Shown piece after piece: positions 8,291 to 18,629 of a DNA stretch of 64,000 nucleotides; position 1 is the first letter of the stretch; each line of letters begins with the position of its first letter. Under the pieces are notes generated by a model. That model ran no database searches and was not told the DNA's origin. It worked only from the letters and a program-made list of their open reading frames with translations. The stretch spans positions 447-64,446 of the forward strand of contig AKKQ01000004.1 in the NCBI GenBank assembly GCA_000276965.1. The letters are read 5' to 3'. A program made the translations under genes and the position numbers. This stretch comes from Thiovulum sp. ES. GTDB taxonomy: Bacteria > Campylobacterota > Campylobacteria > Campylobacterales > Thiovulaceae.

Positions 8291-9046
8291 TCAGATTGAG
8301 AATTCTCCGATATTGTTTAAAACAAGATCGGGCTTTTCGACCTCATCGAGGGGTTGTAACTCTTCGAGAGATTTAAATTTTCCACTAAGAACAAAAACAG
8401 TTTTCATTCCTAACTCATTAGCTCCACGAAGATCTCCTTTTAAATCATCAGAAATCATAGTAATTTTTGAAAAGTCATTTTCTCCTATAATTTGTAGAGC
8501 TTTTTTATAAAAACTCTTGCTAGGTTTTCCAACAACTCTGTATTCACTATTTGTAGCGAATTTCAACATTTCCAAAATTGCACCAACTCCAGGGTAGCGA
8601 CGACCACCTTTTGAGTAAATAGAAGTTCCATGCATTCCAATAAGTTTTGGCTTTTTGCTCAGCAAAACCTCTATTATCTTAGAGTATTCAAAAGCTGTGT
8701 AATCCTCTTTCACTCCAATCACAACAGCTTCTGGATTTCGCGATGAGGTGCAAATTCCCCGCTTTTTTAAAATTTCCACAAATTTAGGATGTCCAAAAAC
8801 ACATGCCTTATTTGAAATCACTTCATCCAAAACCATGAGCGGATCAAGATACTTCTCTTTTGGAATTTTCAATCCAACCGAATTTAAATATTCCAAAAAA
8901 TTATCGCTCTCCTGTTTTGTATTGTTTGTAACCACCACATATGGAATAGATTCCCTGTTTAACTTTTCTATCAACTCAATAGAACCAGAAATTGGTTTTT
9001 TTTGCACATCATCAATTAGAGTTCCTTGAACATCAATAAAAAGCAT
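8291..9046 (-). CDS. HAD-superfamily hydrolase, subfamily IIA (NagD-like)
   Basis: MLFIDVQGTLIDD is the DxxGT nucleophile motif. VVTNNT and MISDDLKGDLRGANELGMKTVFVLSG are the C-terminal HAD motifs. Confidence 0.75.
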   Translation of the reverse strand: MLFIDVQGTLIDDVQKKPISGSIELIEKLNRESIPYVVVTNNTKQESDNFLEYLNSVGLKIPKEKYLDPLMVLDEVISNKACVFGHPKFVEILKKRGICTSSRNPEAVVIGVKEDYTAFEYSKIIEVLLSKKPKLIGMHGTSIYSKGGRRYPGVGAILEMLKFATNSEYRVVGKPSKSFYKKALQIIGENDFSKITMISDDLKGDLRGANELGMKTVFVLSGKFKSLEELQPLDEVEKPDLVLNNIGEFSI

Positions 9047-9055
9047 ATTTTTCCC

Positions 9056-9622
9056 TTATTGGACTTTCATTACTTCACTCTCTTTAGCTTTAAAAACCTC
9101 ATCGACTTGAGCTACAAAAGTGTCCGTAAATTTTTGAATTTGGTCTTGTGCAGATTTAGACTCGTCTGCTGTTAAAACCTTATCTTTTTCAAGTTTCTTG
9201 ATAGAGTTGTTTCCTGTTTTTCTGTGATTTCTGATAGAGACTTTTGCATTGTCAGTCATCACTTTTGCATGTTTCACACTCTCTTGTCTCTGTTCTGTTG
9301 TCATTGGTGGAAAAAATAGTTTGATTTGCTCACCGTCATTATTTGGATTTACTCCAATATTTGCAAGTTGAATCGCCTTCTCAATATCACCAAGAATATT
9401 TTTTTCCCATGGAGAAATTGAAATTGTTGTCGCATCATTTGCAAGAACTGTTGCTACTTGAGAAAGTTTTGTTTTTGCACCGTAGTAATCGACAAAAATC
9501 CCGTCAAGAATTGAAATTTGAACTTTTCCTGTTCTAATCGTCTTGAAATTTCTTTTGAGAGCATCAACACTCTCCTCCATTTCCATTTTTACCTCTTCGT
9601 AAATCTCTTCTAACTCTTCCAT
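9056..9622 (-). CDS. frr: Ribosome recycling factor
   Basis: 188 aa. [19 protein letters not shown]...ISISPWEK...[11 protein letters not shown] is a typical Frr pattern. Confidence 0.93.
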   Translation of the reverse strand: MEELEEIYEEVKMEMEESVDALKRNFKTIRTGKVQISILDGIFVDYYGAKTKLSQVATVLANDATTISISPWEKNILGDIEKAIQLANIGVNPNNDGEQIKLFFPPMTTEQRQESVKHAKVMTDNAKVSIRNHRKTGNNSIKKLEKDKVLTADESKSAQDQIQKFTDTFVAQVDEVFKAKESEVMKVQ

Positions 9623-9728
9623 ATATTTTCCTAAAATTTTTTTTAAATTCTACCCTAAAGTGGATACGAAAATTATCAAATATCTCTCAAGTTTAAAACT
9701 GAATACAATTCGTTTCGCAAGGAAAAAA

Positions 9729-10556
9729 ATGAATATTGGAAAATACAACACTCTAAAAATAGACGAACTGACGGAATTTGGTTTTTATTTAGTTGATGAA
9801 AAAAATGAGCGGGTTCTTTTACCAAATGTCTACACAACGGAAAATATGACAATTGGCGATGAGGTCGAAGTTTTTATTTACACGGATAGTGAAGACCGAA
9901 GAGTCGCGACAACTTTAAAACCAAAAGGAGTTGTTGGAGATTTTGTGGCTCTCGAAGTCGTGGATATTGCAAATTTTGGAATTTTTATGGATTGGGGTTT
10001 GCCTAAAAATCTTTTGATTCCAAAAAAATTCCAAGAGGGACACTACGAAATTGGTGAAATTCGAGTTGTCAAAATTCTTGAAGACAAGAACACAGGTCGA
10101 GTTTATGGAATTGAGAAATACAAAGATTTGCTTTCCAAAAATGTTAAAGGCTTGAAGCGAAATGAAGAAGTTGATTTAATCGTTACAAAAGAGACAGAAA
10201 TCGGTTTTAAAGTTTTGATAAATGAGAAATTCGAGGGACTCGTTTTTAAAAACAGAGTTTTTGGAAATTTGAAAGTTGGTAACAAAACAAAAGGATACAT
10301 CGAGACAATTCGGGAAGATAAAAAAATTGATGTGGTTCTTCAGCCAATTGGTAAAAAATCATTTTCACTTGGTGCGGATAAAGTTTTTGAAATTTTAGAA
10401 CAAAACGGTGGAAAAATGAATTTCACTTACAAAAGTAATCCTGAAGAAATCAGTCGTGTTTTTGGATTAAGTAGAAAACTTTTCAAGCGGTCTTTAACTG
10501 AATTACTCGAAAACAAGAGAATAAAGTTAAACGACAACAGCATCGAAAAGCTTTAG
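9729..10556 (+). CDS. S1-like RNA-binding protein, CvfB/YitL family
   Basis: MNIGKYNTLKIDELTEFGFYLVDEKNERVLLPN, followed by repeated S1-like modules and a C-terminal winged-helix-like tail. The ORF is open from 9660. Confidence 0.7.
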   Translation: MNIGKYNTLKIDELTEFGFYLVDEKNERVLLPNVYTTENMTIGDEVEVFIYTDSEDRRVATTLKPKGVVGDFVALEVVDIANFGIFMDWGLPKNLLIPKKFQEGHYEIGEIRVVKILEDKNTGRVYGIEKYKDLLSKNVKGLKRNEEVDLIVTKETEIGFKVLINEKFEGLVFKNRVFGNLKVGNKTKGYIETIREDKKIDVVLQPIGKKSFSLGADKVFEILEQNGGKMNFTYKSNPEEISRVFGLSRKLFKRSLTELLENKRIKLNDNSIEKL

Positions 10557-10560
10557 AGTG

Positions 10561-10580
10561 TGTCGGATAAGATTCCGACA
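10561..10580. terminator. TGTCGGA-family hairpin (tgtcgga-taagat-tccgaca)
   Basis: 7-bp stem between convergent genes, with a T7 run 8 nt downstream. Confidence 0.55.
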
Positions 10581-10584
10581 GACC

Positions 10585-13062
10585 CTATTTTTTTGCCAGA
10601 ATTATAGCATGTTTTAAATTAGCTATTTTTTCACAGTCGCATTTTTCAACTAAAAATGTATCACGAACCCGTTTTTTGAAAGTCTGAATTTTGCTAGAAA
10701 CCACCCGAACACCGTTCTCCTCAAAGACTCTAAAAAGATAAGCAAGAAGACCATTTTGATTTTCAGTTTTGATTGAAATTTGAGCAAAAGTATTTGAGTA
10801 ATCGCAATTTATTTCGATCTCATCGCTAGAAATTTTTGTTGAGAAGTTTTTATATTTTCTCTTTTTTTCAGAAAAAGCATCTTTTAAAGAAAACTCAACA
10901 AACGGTAAATCTTCATCTTCTAATTTTTCGACAAAATCGATTTGAAAATATTTGATTCCATCAAAAAGCTCAAAAACTTGCAGTGAAATAACAGAAAGAA
11001 AATCAACCTTACTTAAAAAATATGCGATGTCAAAATTGACTTCACTTTTTCTAATTGCTTTAAAAGTGAAAAAATTATCGTTTGCAATTTCATAATGGTA
11101 ATTTTCTACTTCACTTGCAGTTTTGATAATTTCTAAAATACCAGTTGCACTTTTTTGAAAAAATAGTTGGTTCGATTTAATTCGTGATATTGCTTTTTGT
11201 AGAGGTTTTGAAATTTCTGAAAATTCCGCAAGATTTCTGATTTGCTTTTCAACTTTTTCCCGTTTTGCACTCTCTTTGATTAAATCCATGTCGCCAATTA
11301 CAAGATTCGCACTTTCGTAAAGTGTTCGGAGCAAAGTTCGGTTGTAAGAATTGTAAGTTTTGTCATTTACAGATTTAACATCCGCATAAGTTAGCAAGTA
11401 TAAAAGTTTGAGAAGTCTCTCGCTTGGAATTTTTGAGACAAACGAATAAATCACTTTCTCATTGTGAATATCTTCATGATAAGCAATACTTGTCATAAGT
11501 GTGTGGTGTCGAATCAAAATAACAACATCTTCGATGAGGTCGGCGGAATAATCTAAATTTTGGAGAAACTGCTTTGTAACTTTTCCACCAACTCGACTAT
11601 GTTCCTCGTTTCGACCTTTTCCAATATCATGAAAAAGTGATGCAATTTTTAGAGTTTCTAAATCTTTTTTTGGAAGATTTTCATAAATTTCGAGAAGAAA
11701 AGGATCTGAAATATTTTCTAATTCACGAATATTATAAATTGAGTGAATATCAACAGTGTGATTATGATAGCCATCAAATTGAGGTAAAAACATCACTTTC
11801 TCAAACGGCGGTAGGACTTTTTCAAGAATTCCAAATTTCCAAAGAAGTTCTAAAACAGGATACAGATTTTTTCGCTTCAGCAGTTTTTTTACAGCATTTT
11901 TTGTAACTTCTTTTTGAGTATCAATTGAGATTGAAAAAAATGAGTTACCGATTTCAAAATTTTCAAAAGGCTCAAGAGTTTGTAAAAAGAGATTGATGGA
12001 ATTAAAGTGTTTGTTTTCCACAAATTCCAATTTATCTTTTATAATTGCGACCTCATCACGATCAGAATAATCAATAAATTTTTGGAAAATCTCTTTCCGA
12101 ACATATTTCATTGAAAAGAGGTGAAGTTCTCTCATATTTTGTAAAAGTTTTTTTAAAAAGAGTGATTGGTCTCCATTTGTAAATTGGTCGGCAAGATTTG
12201 GAATATCTTCTAAAAAAAGTTTGTCTCGTTTTCGGCGATTACTTTTGTGAAGTGCGGAACGAACTGAAAATATAAAATCAAGAGATTGTGAAAATCTTTT
12301 ATATTCATCTTCACCAAAAAACTCATTTGCCAATTCTGAAGTTTTATCAATTCTGTAAATTGTGTTTAGAGTCCAAAACAGAAAATTTGCATCTCGCAAA
12401 CCACCAACACCCTCTTTTAAATTTGGTGTCATATTGTCCCATCGCTCTTTTTCATGCCGTTTCGCTGTTTCCATGCATTTTGCGATGAGGTAATCCTTTT
12501 GATTTTTTTCTCGAATTCGATTCAGCTCTTCAACAACTGAACCCCAAACAAAAGCAGAACCGATAATTTGCCGAGACTCAATCAGTGCGGTTTTTATCGT
12601 AATATCCGTTTCTGCAACCTGTTGTAATTCGACAATTTTATGAACTCGGTGTCCTAATTTAATTCCAGAATCCCAAAGCATGTGCAGAAATTTTTCGATA
12701 ATTTTCTCAATATTGTAACCCTCAATATCTCGGTATGCAATCATCAAGTCAATATCGCTGTGAAGTGTCATCTCTTCCCGACCGTAACTACCAAGTGCGA
12801 CAAGTGAAATTGGCACAGAATTTCTCATTGGTAAAAAATTCCGAAAAACATCTCTCAAAACCGTTTTATACACGAGTGAAATTATCGCATCATAAAAACG
12901 AGTGTGCCGAAAAACAAAACCTTTTGAATTTTCATTTGCACTTTTTACAAACTTTTCATACTCTTTAAGGTGATTTCGGATTGCTCCTCCAATTTTTAGC
13001 AAACTATCTTTTTCTTCAAAAAGATTTTCAATTTCAAATTCTAACTCTTTAACTGTTTTCAA
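10585..13062 (-). CDS. glnD: [Protein-PII] uridylyltransferase / uridylyl-removing enzyme GlnD
   Basis: Nucleotidyltransferase motif GSYGREEMTLHSDIDLMI, HD domain LFHDIGKGRNEEHSRVG, and two ACT-like C-terminal segments. 825 aa. Confidence 0.85.
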   Translation of the reverse strand: MKTVKELEFEIENLFEEKDSLLKIGGAIRNHLKEYEKFVKSANENSKGFVFRHTRFYDAIISLVYKTVLRDVFRNFLPMRNSVPISLVALGSYGREEMTLHSDIDLMIAYRDIEGYNIEKIIEKFLHMLWDSGIKLGHRVHKIVELQQVAETDITIKTALIESRQIIGSAFVWGSVVEELNRIREKNQKDYLIAKCMETAKRHEKERWDNMTPNLKEGVGGLRDANFLFWTLNTIYRIDKTSELANEFFGEDEYKRFSQSLDFIFSVRSALHKSNRRKRDKLFLEDIPNLADQFTNGDQSLFLKKLLQNMRELHLFSMKYVRKEIFQKFIDYSDRDEVAIIKDKLEFVENKHFNSINLFLQTLEPFENFEIGNSFFSISIDTQKEVTKNAVKKLLKRKNLYPVLELLWKFGILEKVLPPFEKVMFLPQFDGYHNHTVDIHSIYNIRELENISDPFLLEIYENLPKKDLETLKIASLFHDIGKGRNEEHSRVGGKVTKQFLQNLDYSADLIEDVVILIRHHTLMTSIAYHEDIHNEKVIYSFVSKIPSERLLKLLYLLTYADVKSVNDKTYNSYNRTLLRTLYESANLVIGDMDLIKESAKREKVEKQIRNLAEFSEISKPLQKAISRIKSNQLFFQKSATGILEIIKTASEVENYHYEIANDNFFTFKAIRKSEVNFDIAYFLSKVDFLSVISLQVFELFDGIKYFQIDFVEKLEDEDLPFVEFSLKDAFSEKKRKYKNFSTKISSDEIEINCDYSNTFAQISIKTENQNGLLAYLFRVFEENGVRVVSSKIQTFKKRVRDTFLVEKCDCEKIANLKHAIILAKK

Positions 13063-13916
13063 TTTTTTGCTCCAATAAATACTTCAAACGAAACATTTTC
13101 GCCTGTTCCTTCAACAATTTTATCACCCTTGATTCCACTTAAATATCTATCAAGTTCAAAATTAAATCTTTCGCTTTTTCCACCAATCAAGATTTTAAAA
13201 CTAGCGACTTGTCCTTTTCCATCAAGAATAATTCTCACTTTTCCCTGATTTCCCGCAATTTCTGGAGATGGATGCCATCTTTTGTAAAGCGACTCTTTCA
13301 CTTTTGAGAAAAAATCATCATAAACACCCTGATCCAAATTATCTAAACTGCTTTTTCCAATTTCCATCTCCTTGTATTCAACTGAGAGCGAATTTTTAGA
13401 ATATTGAAAATTTCGTTCAACTGTAAATGCCTCTTTTCCAATTGAAATATTTCTATCATTTTCAACTGGACTTTCTGTTTTTGACATAGATTTCAGTCGG
13501 CTCAAACTCTCTTTTGAAACAGTTGGAGGTGGTGGAGTATCTTCAATTGTGTCTTGAACTTTTGCCGTTTTTATATTGCTAAAAAGTGAAGAGAGCGAAG
13601 GAGTTTCAGGCTTAGGCTCTGGTTTCGGTGCTTCTTTTTTTGCTTCAGGCTTAGGCTCTGGTTTTGATACTGGTTTAGGTTTTGGCTTCTCAATCGGCTT
13701 CGGAGTAGGTTTTTTCACAATCTCTTTTTTTTCCGTCTCAATTCCATCTTTATAAACAAGGTCAATTTCCACAGGCTTGATTTTGATATTCATTTTTAAG
13801 TCTGTGTTGTAACCATAATTTAGAAATAGATAAAGCATTGAAAAAGTAAATGAGATTGAAAAAAGTCCTGAAATGTAAAAATTTATCTTTTCATTATCAT
13901 TTATATAAATATCCAT
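13059..13916 (-). CDS. TonB/TolA-like protein (N-terminal anchor, Pro/Lys-rich spacer, TonB-C-like domain)
   Basis: TM segment FYISGLFSISFTFSMLYLF and spacer KPTPKPIEKPKPKPVSKPEPKPEAKKEAPKPEPKPE. It overlaps the glnD start by 4 nt. Confidence 0.6.
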   Translation of the reverse strand: MDIYINDNEKINFYISGLFSISFTFSMLYLFLNYGYNTDLKMNIKIKPVEIDLVYKDGIETEKKEIVKKPTPKPIEKPKPKPVSKPEPKPEAKKEAPKPEPKPETPSLSSLFSNIKTAKVQDTIEDTPPPPTVSKESLSRLKSMSKTESPVENDRNISIGKEAFTVERNFQYSKNSLSVEYKEMEIGKSSLDNLDQGVYDDFFSKVKESLYKRWHPSPEIAGNQGKVRIILDGKGQVASFKILIGGKSERFNFELDRYLSGIKGDKIVEGTGENVSFEVFIGAKN

Positions 13917-14040
13917 TATTTTCCTAATTTCATTTAAAATTTATATTTTTTATTTTAACAATTTAGGAAATTTTTTTTAGATTCTCTTTTTTTTGTAGAA
14001 AGAGACATTAAAAAAATGGACTTTCTACAATTTTCAAGAT

Positions 14041-14284
14041 TTAAATATTTTCGAGTTTTTTCAGAAGTTCAGAAAATCTCTTTTCAAAATAGTGTGGTTG
14101 AGTTTCGAGTTGGTTTTTTGGCGAAATCAGATTTTTACCAAATTCTAAACCTTTTTCTGTAAGAGACTTGAATTCTTTTAAAATTGGAATTTTCACCTCT
14201 TTTCCGTTTTCATCTTTTTCAGTTCTGTATTTTGAAGATTTTCGTGTTTTTGTTTCCAAAAAACCTGCTGAAATCATTTTTTTG
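14041..14284 (-). repeat. Paralogous segment B, inverted copy of 4832-5075
   Basis: See segment A. Most differences are synonymous. Confidence 0.8.
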
Positions 14285-14482
14285 TGGGGAAAATTTTTGA
14301 GAAAGAATCTCTTCAATTGTTTCATCGCACCAAACAGCAAAATATGGATCAAGCCATCGTGCAAAGTTAATAATCAGTTTTTTGTGAATCCAAGTTCCAT
14401 TGATAGATTTATCATTTCCACCCTTACGAACTACCACCAAATCGCCAAACAGAATATTCCCCGTTTGGGAAAATGCATTTAA
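14041..14482 (-). pseudogene. KilA-N / antirepressor remnant (N-terminally truncated KilA-N fused out of frame to a KilAC-like C-terminus)
   Basis: The frame of 14219..14440 gives ...LFGDLVVVRKGGNDKSINGTWIHKKLIINFARWLDPYFAVWCDE (C-terminal half of KilA-N), preceded by a stop. The adjacent frame (14041..14364) gives KKMISAGFLETKTRKSSKY...QPHYFE, a paralogue of the C-terminus of 4224..5075. Confidence 0.65.
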
Positions 14483-14558
14483 ATAAAGTTTAGAAATTGG
14501 AAACTAATTTTATTCCTGCAAAAGCAGGGATATTTTAAGTCCATTTGATAAAATTATT

Positions 14559-15212
14559 TTAATATAAATTATCTTTATCTGGCATTGCTTCATGTTGGTA
14601 AAGTGGTCCTCGGGATTCAATTTTCACATCAGCTTTTTTGAGTGATTCCACAACAACCTCTTTTTTATCCTCTTCAACTGGTTTTGCTTTTCCTTTGCTT
14701 TTTCTTCGAGCTTCCATAAGTCGCTTTCGCAAATCATCGGTACTTTCATCTTTTGGAGGCTCATTATTGAATTCTTCTCGAGGTCTTTCAATTTCTTGCG
14801 GTTGGGGTTGAGGTTTTGGTGCTTCTTCACGAATAATAACTTGAGGTTGCATTTGAGGTTGTGGAGCTTGAGCCATTGGAGCATATCCAGAATAGTATTT
14901 ATGGAATTCTCTCATTTGGAAAAGATTTTGCGGGTCTTCCATAATATACATTTTGACAAATCGAGTGTAAGTGGAATAAGCGATATTTCGACCAGAGTCT
15001 CGATTTATAATTGCAAGTTGTTCGCTATATTTGTAGCCTTCATCAATCAGATACTCAATTTTTTCTCGAATCAAGTCAAGAAAAGTTTCATCACTCATTG
15101 AGTGAAAAAGAAAATCGACTTCGCTTTTACTTGTTTTTTTTGGTAGGTTTGTGTTTGGAACATTTTCAACTCTGTTCATCACATTTTGAATTACTTTAAA
15201 TACACATAACAT
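14559..15212 (-). CDS. Hypothetical protein with Gln/Pro-rich linker and basic/acidic C-terminus
   Basis: ATG with an AAGGAAAG RBS. APMAQAPQPQMQPQVIIREEAPKPQPQPQEIERP is low-complexity. I recognise no family. Confidence 0.45.
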   Translation of the reverse strand: MLCVFKVIQNVMNRVENVPNTNLPKKTSKSEVDFLFHSMSDETFLDLIREKIEYLIDEGYKYSEQLAIINRDSGRNIAYSTYTRFVKMYIMEDPQNLFQMREFHKYYSGYAPMAQAPQPQMQPQVIIREEAPKPQPQPQEIERPREEFNNEPPKDESTDDLRKRLMEARRKSKGKAKPVEEDKKEVVVESLKKADVKIESRGPLYQHEAMPDKDNLY

Positions 15213-15234
15213 TTTCTTTCCTTATTAAATTTTA

Positions 15235-16089
15235 TTATCTTAGTTTGTAGTCAAACTGGTAGAGAAATTCGCCTAAAAATTTAGACGAAATAGATTTTAC
15301 AAAAGCTTCAAACTCATCTTCTTTTTGGAAAACTGGAGCATGAACTCCTGAAAGAGCGATGAGGTCATCTTCTGCACTAATTCGAGTTCCGACCTCATCG
15401 GCAAGACCAATTTCAACAGCTTCTACACCTAAAAAAAGTCGAGCTTCTGCCCACTCTTCACTCCGATTTAAATCCAAATTACGAGCTTCTGCTACATCTG
15501 AAACAAACATCTTGTAGCTCTCTTTTGTAAGTCGGTCTATCTCCGCTCTCTCAAAAGGCAACCATTCTCTAGCACCCGTTCCAGCTTCTTTAAATTTTCC
15601 TGCTTTTGAAACTTGTGGCTCAATTCCAATTTTATCCGCTAATTCGCGATAATTGATTCCATCAAAAATCACTCCAATCGAACCAACAAGCGATGCTTTA
15701 TTCACAATAATTTTGCTACTCCAAAGTGCAGAATACAAACTACCACTTGCAAGAGAACCCGAAGCATATGAGACAACTGGTTTTCTGCTTTTTACAAGTT
15801 TCACCATTTCCGCAATTTCTACCGAAGTTGTCATTGCACCGCCTGGAGAATCGATCTCAAAAAGCACTCCCTTTATAGAATAATCGTCATAAATATCTTT
15901 TAACTCTTTCAGAACTTCTCGACCATCATTTATTTCGCCAGAAAGTGAAACAACTGCTAAATTGTATGGCTCTGAAATTGTTCCTTCGTTTGGTGTAAAA
16001 AGCCAAATAATAAAAACAATTAAAAGAACCGCTTTTACATGATTTCCAACTGTTGTTAAAAAACTACCAATAAATCTAAAAAATCCCAT
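15235..16089 (-). CDS. sppA: Signal peptide peptidase SppA, 36K type (S49 family)
   Basis: N-terminal TM, then IDSPGGAMTT...ASGSLASGSLYSA...GSIGV, typical of S49 peptidases. Confidence 0.85.
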   Translation of the reverse strand: MGFFRFIGSFLTTVGNHVKAVLLIVFIIWLFTPNEGTISEPYNLAVVSLSGEINDGREVLKELKDIYDDYSIKGVLFEIDSPGGAMTTSVEIAEMVKLVKSRKPVVSYASGSLASGSLYSALWSSKIIVNKASLVGSIGVIFDGINYRELADKIGIEPQVSKAGKFKEAGTGAREWLPFERAEIDRLTKESYKMFVSDVAEARNLDLNRSEEWAEARLFLGVEAVEIGLADEVGTRISAEDDLIALSGVHAPVFQKEDEFEAFVKSISSKFLGEFLYQFDYKLR

Positions 16090-16929
16090 TTATCTCCAAT
16101 ACTTTTTATTTTTTCTCAATTTTTCATTTCGACTTAAAGCAAAAAGTCCAATAGCTCCAAGAACAATCATTGCACTTGATAAAATTTGTCCCATTGTTAG
16201 CCAATCAAAGGCTATGTATCCAATCTGAATATCTGGTTCTCTCCAAAACTCTGCAACAAATCTAGCAATTCCGTATCCAATTCCGTAAAGCATTGCCAAT
16301 TCACCCATGAATTTTGTTTTTGTTCTCCACCAATACAAAACAATAAAAAGTAATAGACCTTCTAAAAATGCTTCGTAAAGTTGAGACGGGTGTCGCAATT
16401 CATCATAAACAATAATTCCCCAATCCACATCAGTCGCTCGACCAACTAACTCTTGATTTAAGAAATTTCCAATTCTTCCAAAAATATATCCGAGCGGAAC
16501 TGAAATCGCTACAAGATCAAGTAAAAACCAGAGTGAAAATTTATGTTTTTTCGCAAATAAGTAAGAAGCAATGAAGAAACCAATTAAAGCTCCGTGATAA
16601 CTCATTCCACGAATTCCAACAAATTCACCATTTGAGAATGGATTAAAGATTTGCCACGGTGCTGAAAGATAGTAACTTGTGTGGTCGCTGTAAAAAAGAA
16701 CATATCCGAGTCTTGCACCAAGAACAACTCCAATTTCCACCCAAACAAAGTAGCTATCAAGCTTAACTTCTGAAATTGGTAATTTATCTTTTTTAACTAT
16801 CCACTTTGCCGTCATTAATGCAAGAAGCAGAGCTAAAACATATGTAATTCCGTACCAGTGAATTTTTAAACCAAAAAGTTCAACCGCCACGGGATTAAAA
16901 TGAGAGTAAATATTTTGCCAAAATTCCAT
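16090..16929 (-). CDS. lgt: Prolipoprotein diacylglyceryl transferase
   Basis: [24 protein letters not shown] and [12 protein letters not shown] are Lgt signatures. Confidence 0.92.
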   Translation of the reverse strand: MEFWQNIYSHFNPVAVELFGLKIHWYGITYVLALLLALMTAKWIVKKDKLPISEVKLDSYFVWVEIGVVLGARLGYVLFYSDHTSYYLSAPWQIFNPFSNGEFVGIRGMSYHGALIGFFIASYLFAKKHKFSLWFLLDLVAISVPLGYIFGRIGNFLNQELVGRATDVDWGIIVYDELRHPSQLYEAFLEGLLLFIVLYWWRTKTKFMGELAMLYGIGYGIARFVAEFWREPDIQIGYIAFDWLTMGQILSSAMIVLGAIGLFALSRNEKLRKNKKYWR

Positions 16930-17080
16930 TTAAATTCTTTTCATTTTTTAGAATTATATTATAATTTTTTTTGAACTAAATTATTATTTTATTTTTAGGA
17001 GTTATAAGAAAGATAATTCTTTTAACAAAGTTTTTTTGGAAACGAGAAGTTTCTCTCGCTCCATTTTTTAAATTTGGATT

Positions 17081-18412
17081 CTATTTTAATCCATTCTCAA
17101 GGCTGAATGCACCATCAAGAAGAGTCTGTTCATCAAATGCTTTTCCAATAAGCTGGAGACCAATTGGAAGTTTTCCACTCCATTCAACAGGTAGTGAAAT
17201 TGCAGGAAGTCCAGCAAGATTTACAGGAACTGTGAAAATATCACTTAAGTAAGCTTGTAGCGGATCACTTTTTTCACCAAATTTCCAAGGTAGAGTTGGT
17301 GAAACTGGAGAGAGAATTAAATCAGCATCATGGAAAATTTCATCAAATTGCTTTTTAACAAGATTTCTGACTTTTTGAGCTTTCACATAATATGCATCAT
17401 AATATCCACTTGAAAGAACAAAATTTCCGATAAGAATTCTTCGCTTGACCTCATCGCCAAAACCTTGAGAACGACTATTTATAAAAGTTTCTTGGAGGTT
17501 GTTTCCTTCAACTCTAGTTCCATATCGAATTCCGTCATATCTTGAAAGATTTGAACTTGCTTCTGCCATTGCTGTAATATAATACGCAGAAATTGAGTGA
17601 TCTAAATTTCCAAAATCTTTCTCAATAATTGTGTGTCCAAGATTTCCTAAAAGTTTCTCAACATTTTTATAGGCATCTCGAATTTCTGATGAGGTCTTTT
17701 CCAAATATTTTGGCAAAACTGCAATTCTTAATTTTCGTCCAGAGTTTAGATTTTTGGCAATTTGTAATTTTTCCTTACTTGCACTTGTTGAGTCTTTAGG
17801 ATCATGTCCAGAAATAATGTCGTAAAGAATTGCAGAATCTTCTACATTTTGTGTAACAGTTCCAATTTGATCAAGTGAGCTACCATAAGAAGCTAAACCG
17901 TATCGGCTGATTTGTCCATAAGTTGGTTTAAATCCAACAACTCCTGAAAAAGAGGCTGGTTGTCTTACACTTCCACCCGTGTCGCTACCAAGTGAAGCAA
18001 TTGCAATTTTTCCGCCAACAGCAGAAGCACTACCGCCCGAACTTCCCCCCGGAATTCTTTCAAAATCGTGCGGATTTAATGTTTTTCCATAAAAGCTACT
18101 TTCTGTTGAACTTCCCATTGCAAATTCGTCCATATTTGCCCGACCAAACGGCGAAAGTCCATTTTCTCTCAATTTAGTAATAACTGTCGCATCGTATGGA
18201 GCTACATATTTTTGAAGAATTCCACTCCCTGATGTTACATTCCAATTTTTAACTTGAATATTGTCTTTGATTAGAATAGGAATACCGTCGCCACTCTCTT
18301 CAAATCCTACATAAGCATTTAAATTACTCTCTTTTGCTCTCTTCTCTAAATCTTTTCTAAATTCCGCCATTTCCTCTTTTGGAAGTGCAATTGCCTCTTT
18401 TAAAGTTATCAA
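17081..18412 (-). CDS. gatA: Glutamyl-tRNA(Gln)/aspartyl-tRNA(Asn) amidotransferase subunit A
   Basis: Amidase signature GGSSGGSASAV...GSDTGGSVRQPASFSGVVGFKPTYG. TTG start. Confidence 0.93.
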   Translation of the reverse strand: MITLKEAIALPKEEMAEFRKDLEKRAKESNLNAYVGFEESGDGIPILIKDNIQVKNWNVTSGSGILQKYVAPYDATVITKLRENGLSPFGRANMDEFAMGSSTESSFYGKTLNPHDFERIPGGSSGGSASAVGGKIAIASLGSDTGGSVRQPASFSGVVGFKPTYGQISRYGLASYGSSLDQIGTVTQNVEDSAILYDIISGHDPKDSTSASKEKLQIAKNLNSGRKLRIAVLPKYLEKTSSEIRDAYKNVEKLLGNLGHTIIEKDFGNLDHSISAYYITAMAEASSNLSRYDGIRYGTRVEGNNLQETFINSRSQGFGDEVKRRILIGNFVLSSGYYDAYYVKAQKVRNLVKKQFDEIFHDADLILSPVSPTLPWKFGEKSDPLQAYLSDIFTVPVNLAGLPAISLPVEWSGKLPIGLQLIGKAFDEQTLLDGAFSLENGLK

Positions 18413-18629
18413 GTTTTAATTTCCTATTTTTAATCAAAGTGTAGCAAAAACTAATTATTTCATTTTTCAAAAATTTTATGAATTATTGATTTGCTAGAAT
18501 ATTGTTTTGAGAAATATATTTGATAAATTAACAACTTTGTTATTGAGACTCTAAAACTTCTTTAAGAACGGGAAATAATTTGAAAGAAAGGAGATACACA
18601 AATCGAGTTTTGTTTGTGTCTAATAATTA

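Noticed and set aside
13600-13670. Direct DNA repeats (tcaggcttaggctctggttt, twice) inside the TonB-like gene as a possible variable repeat locus.
   Set aside because: They simply encode the reiterated PEPKPE spacer typical of TonB/TolA proteins. There are only two copies and they are in frame.
17038-17049. The 12-mer ggaaacgagaag shared between the gatA-lgt intergenic region (17038-17049) and the right-edge structured region (63920-63931).
   Set aside because: It is a single short match with no extended similarity in the flanks, so it is most likely coincidence.
18045-18050. C6/G6 homopolymers (18045-18050 in gatA, 41265-41270 in mutS2) as phase-variable tracts of the kind seen in Campylobacter.
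   Set aside because: The runs are only 6 nt long and encode conserved residues of essential or housekeeping genes (GGSSGG in GatA). Phase-variable tracts are typically 8 nt or longer.
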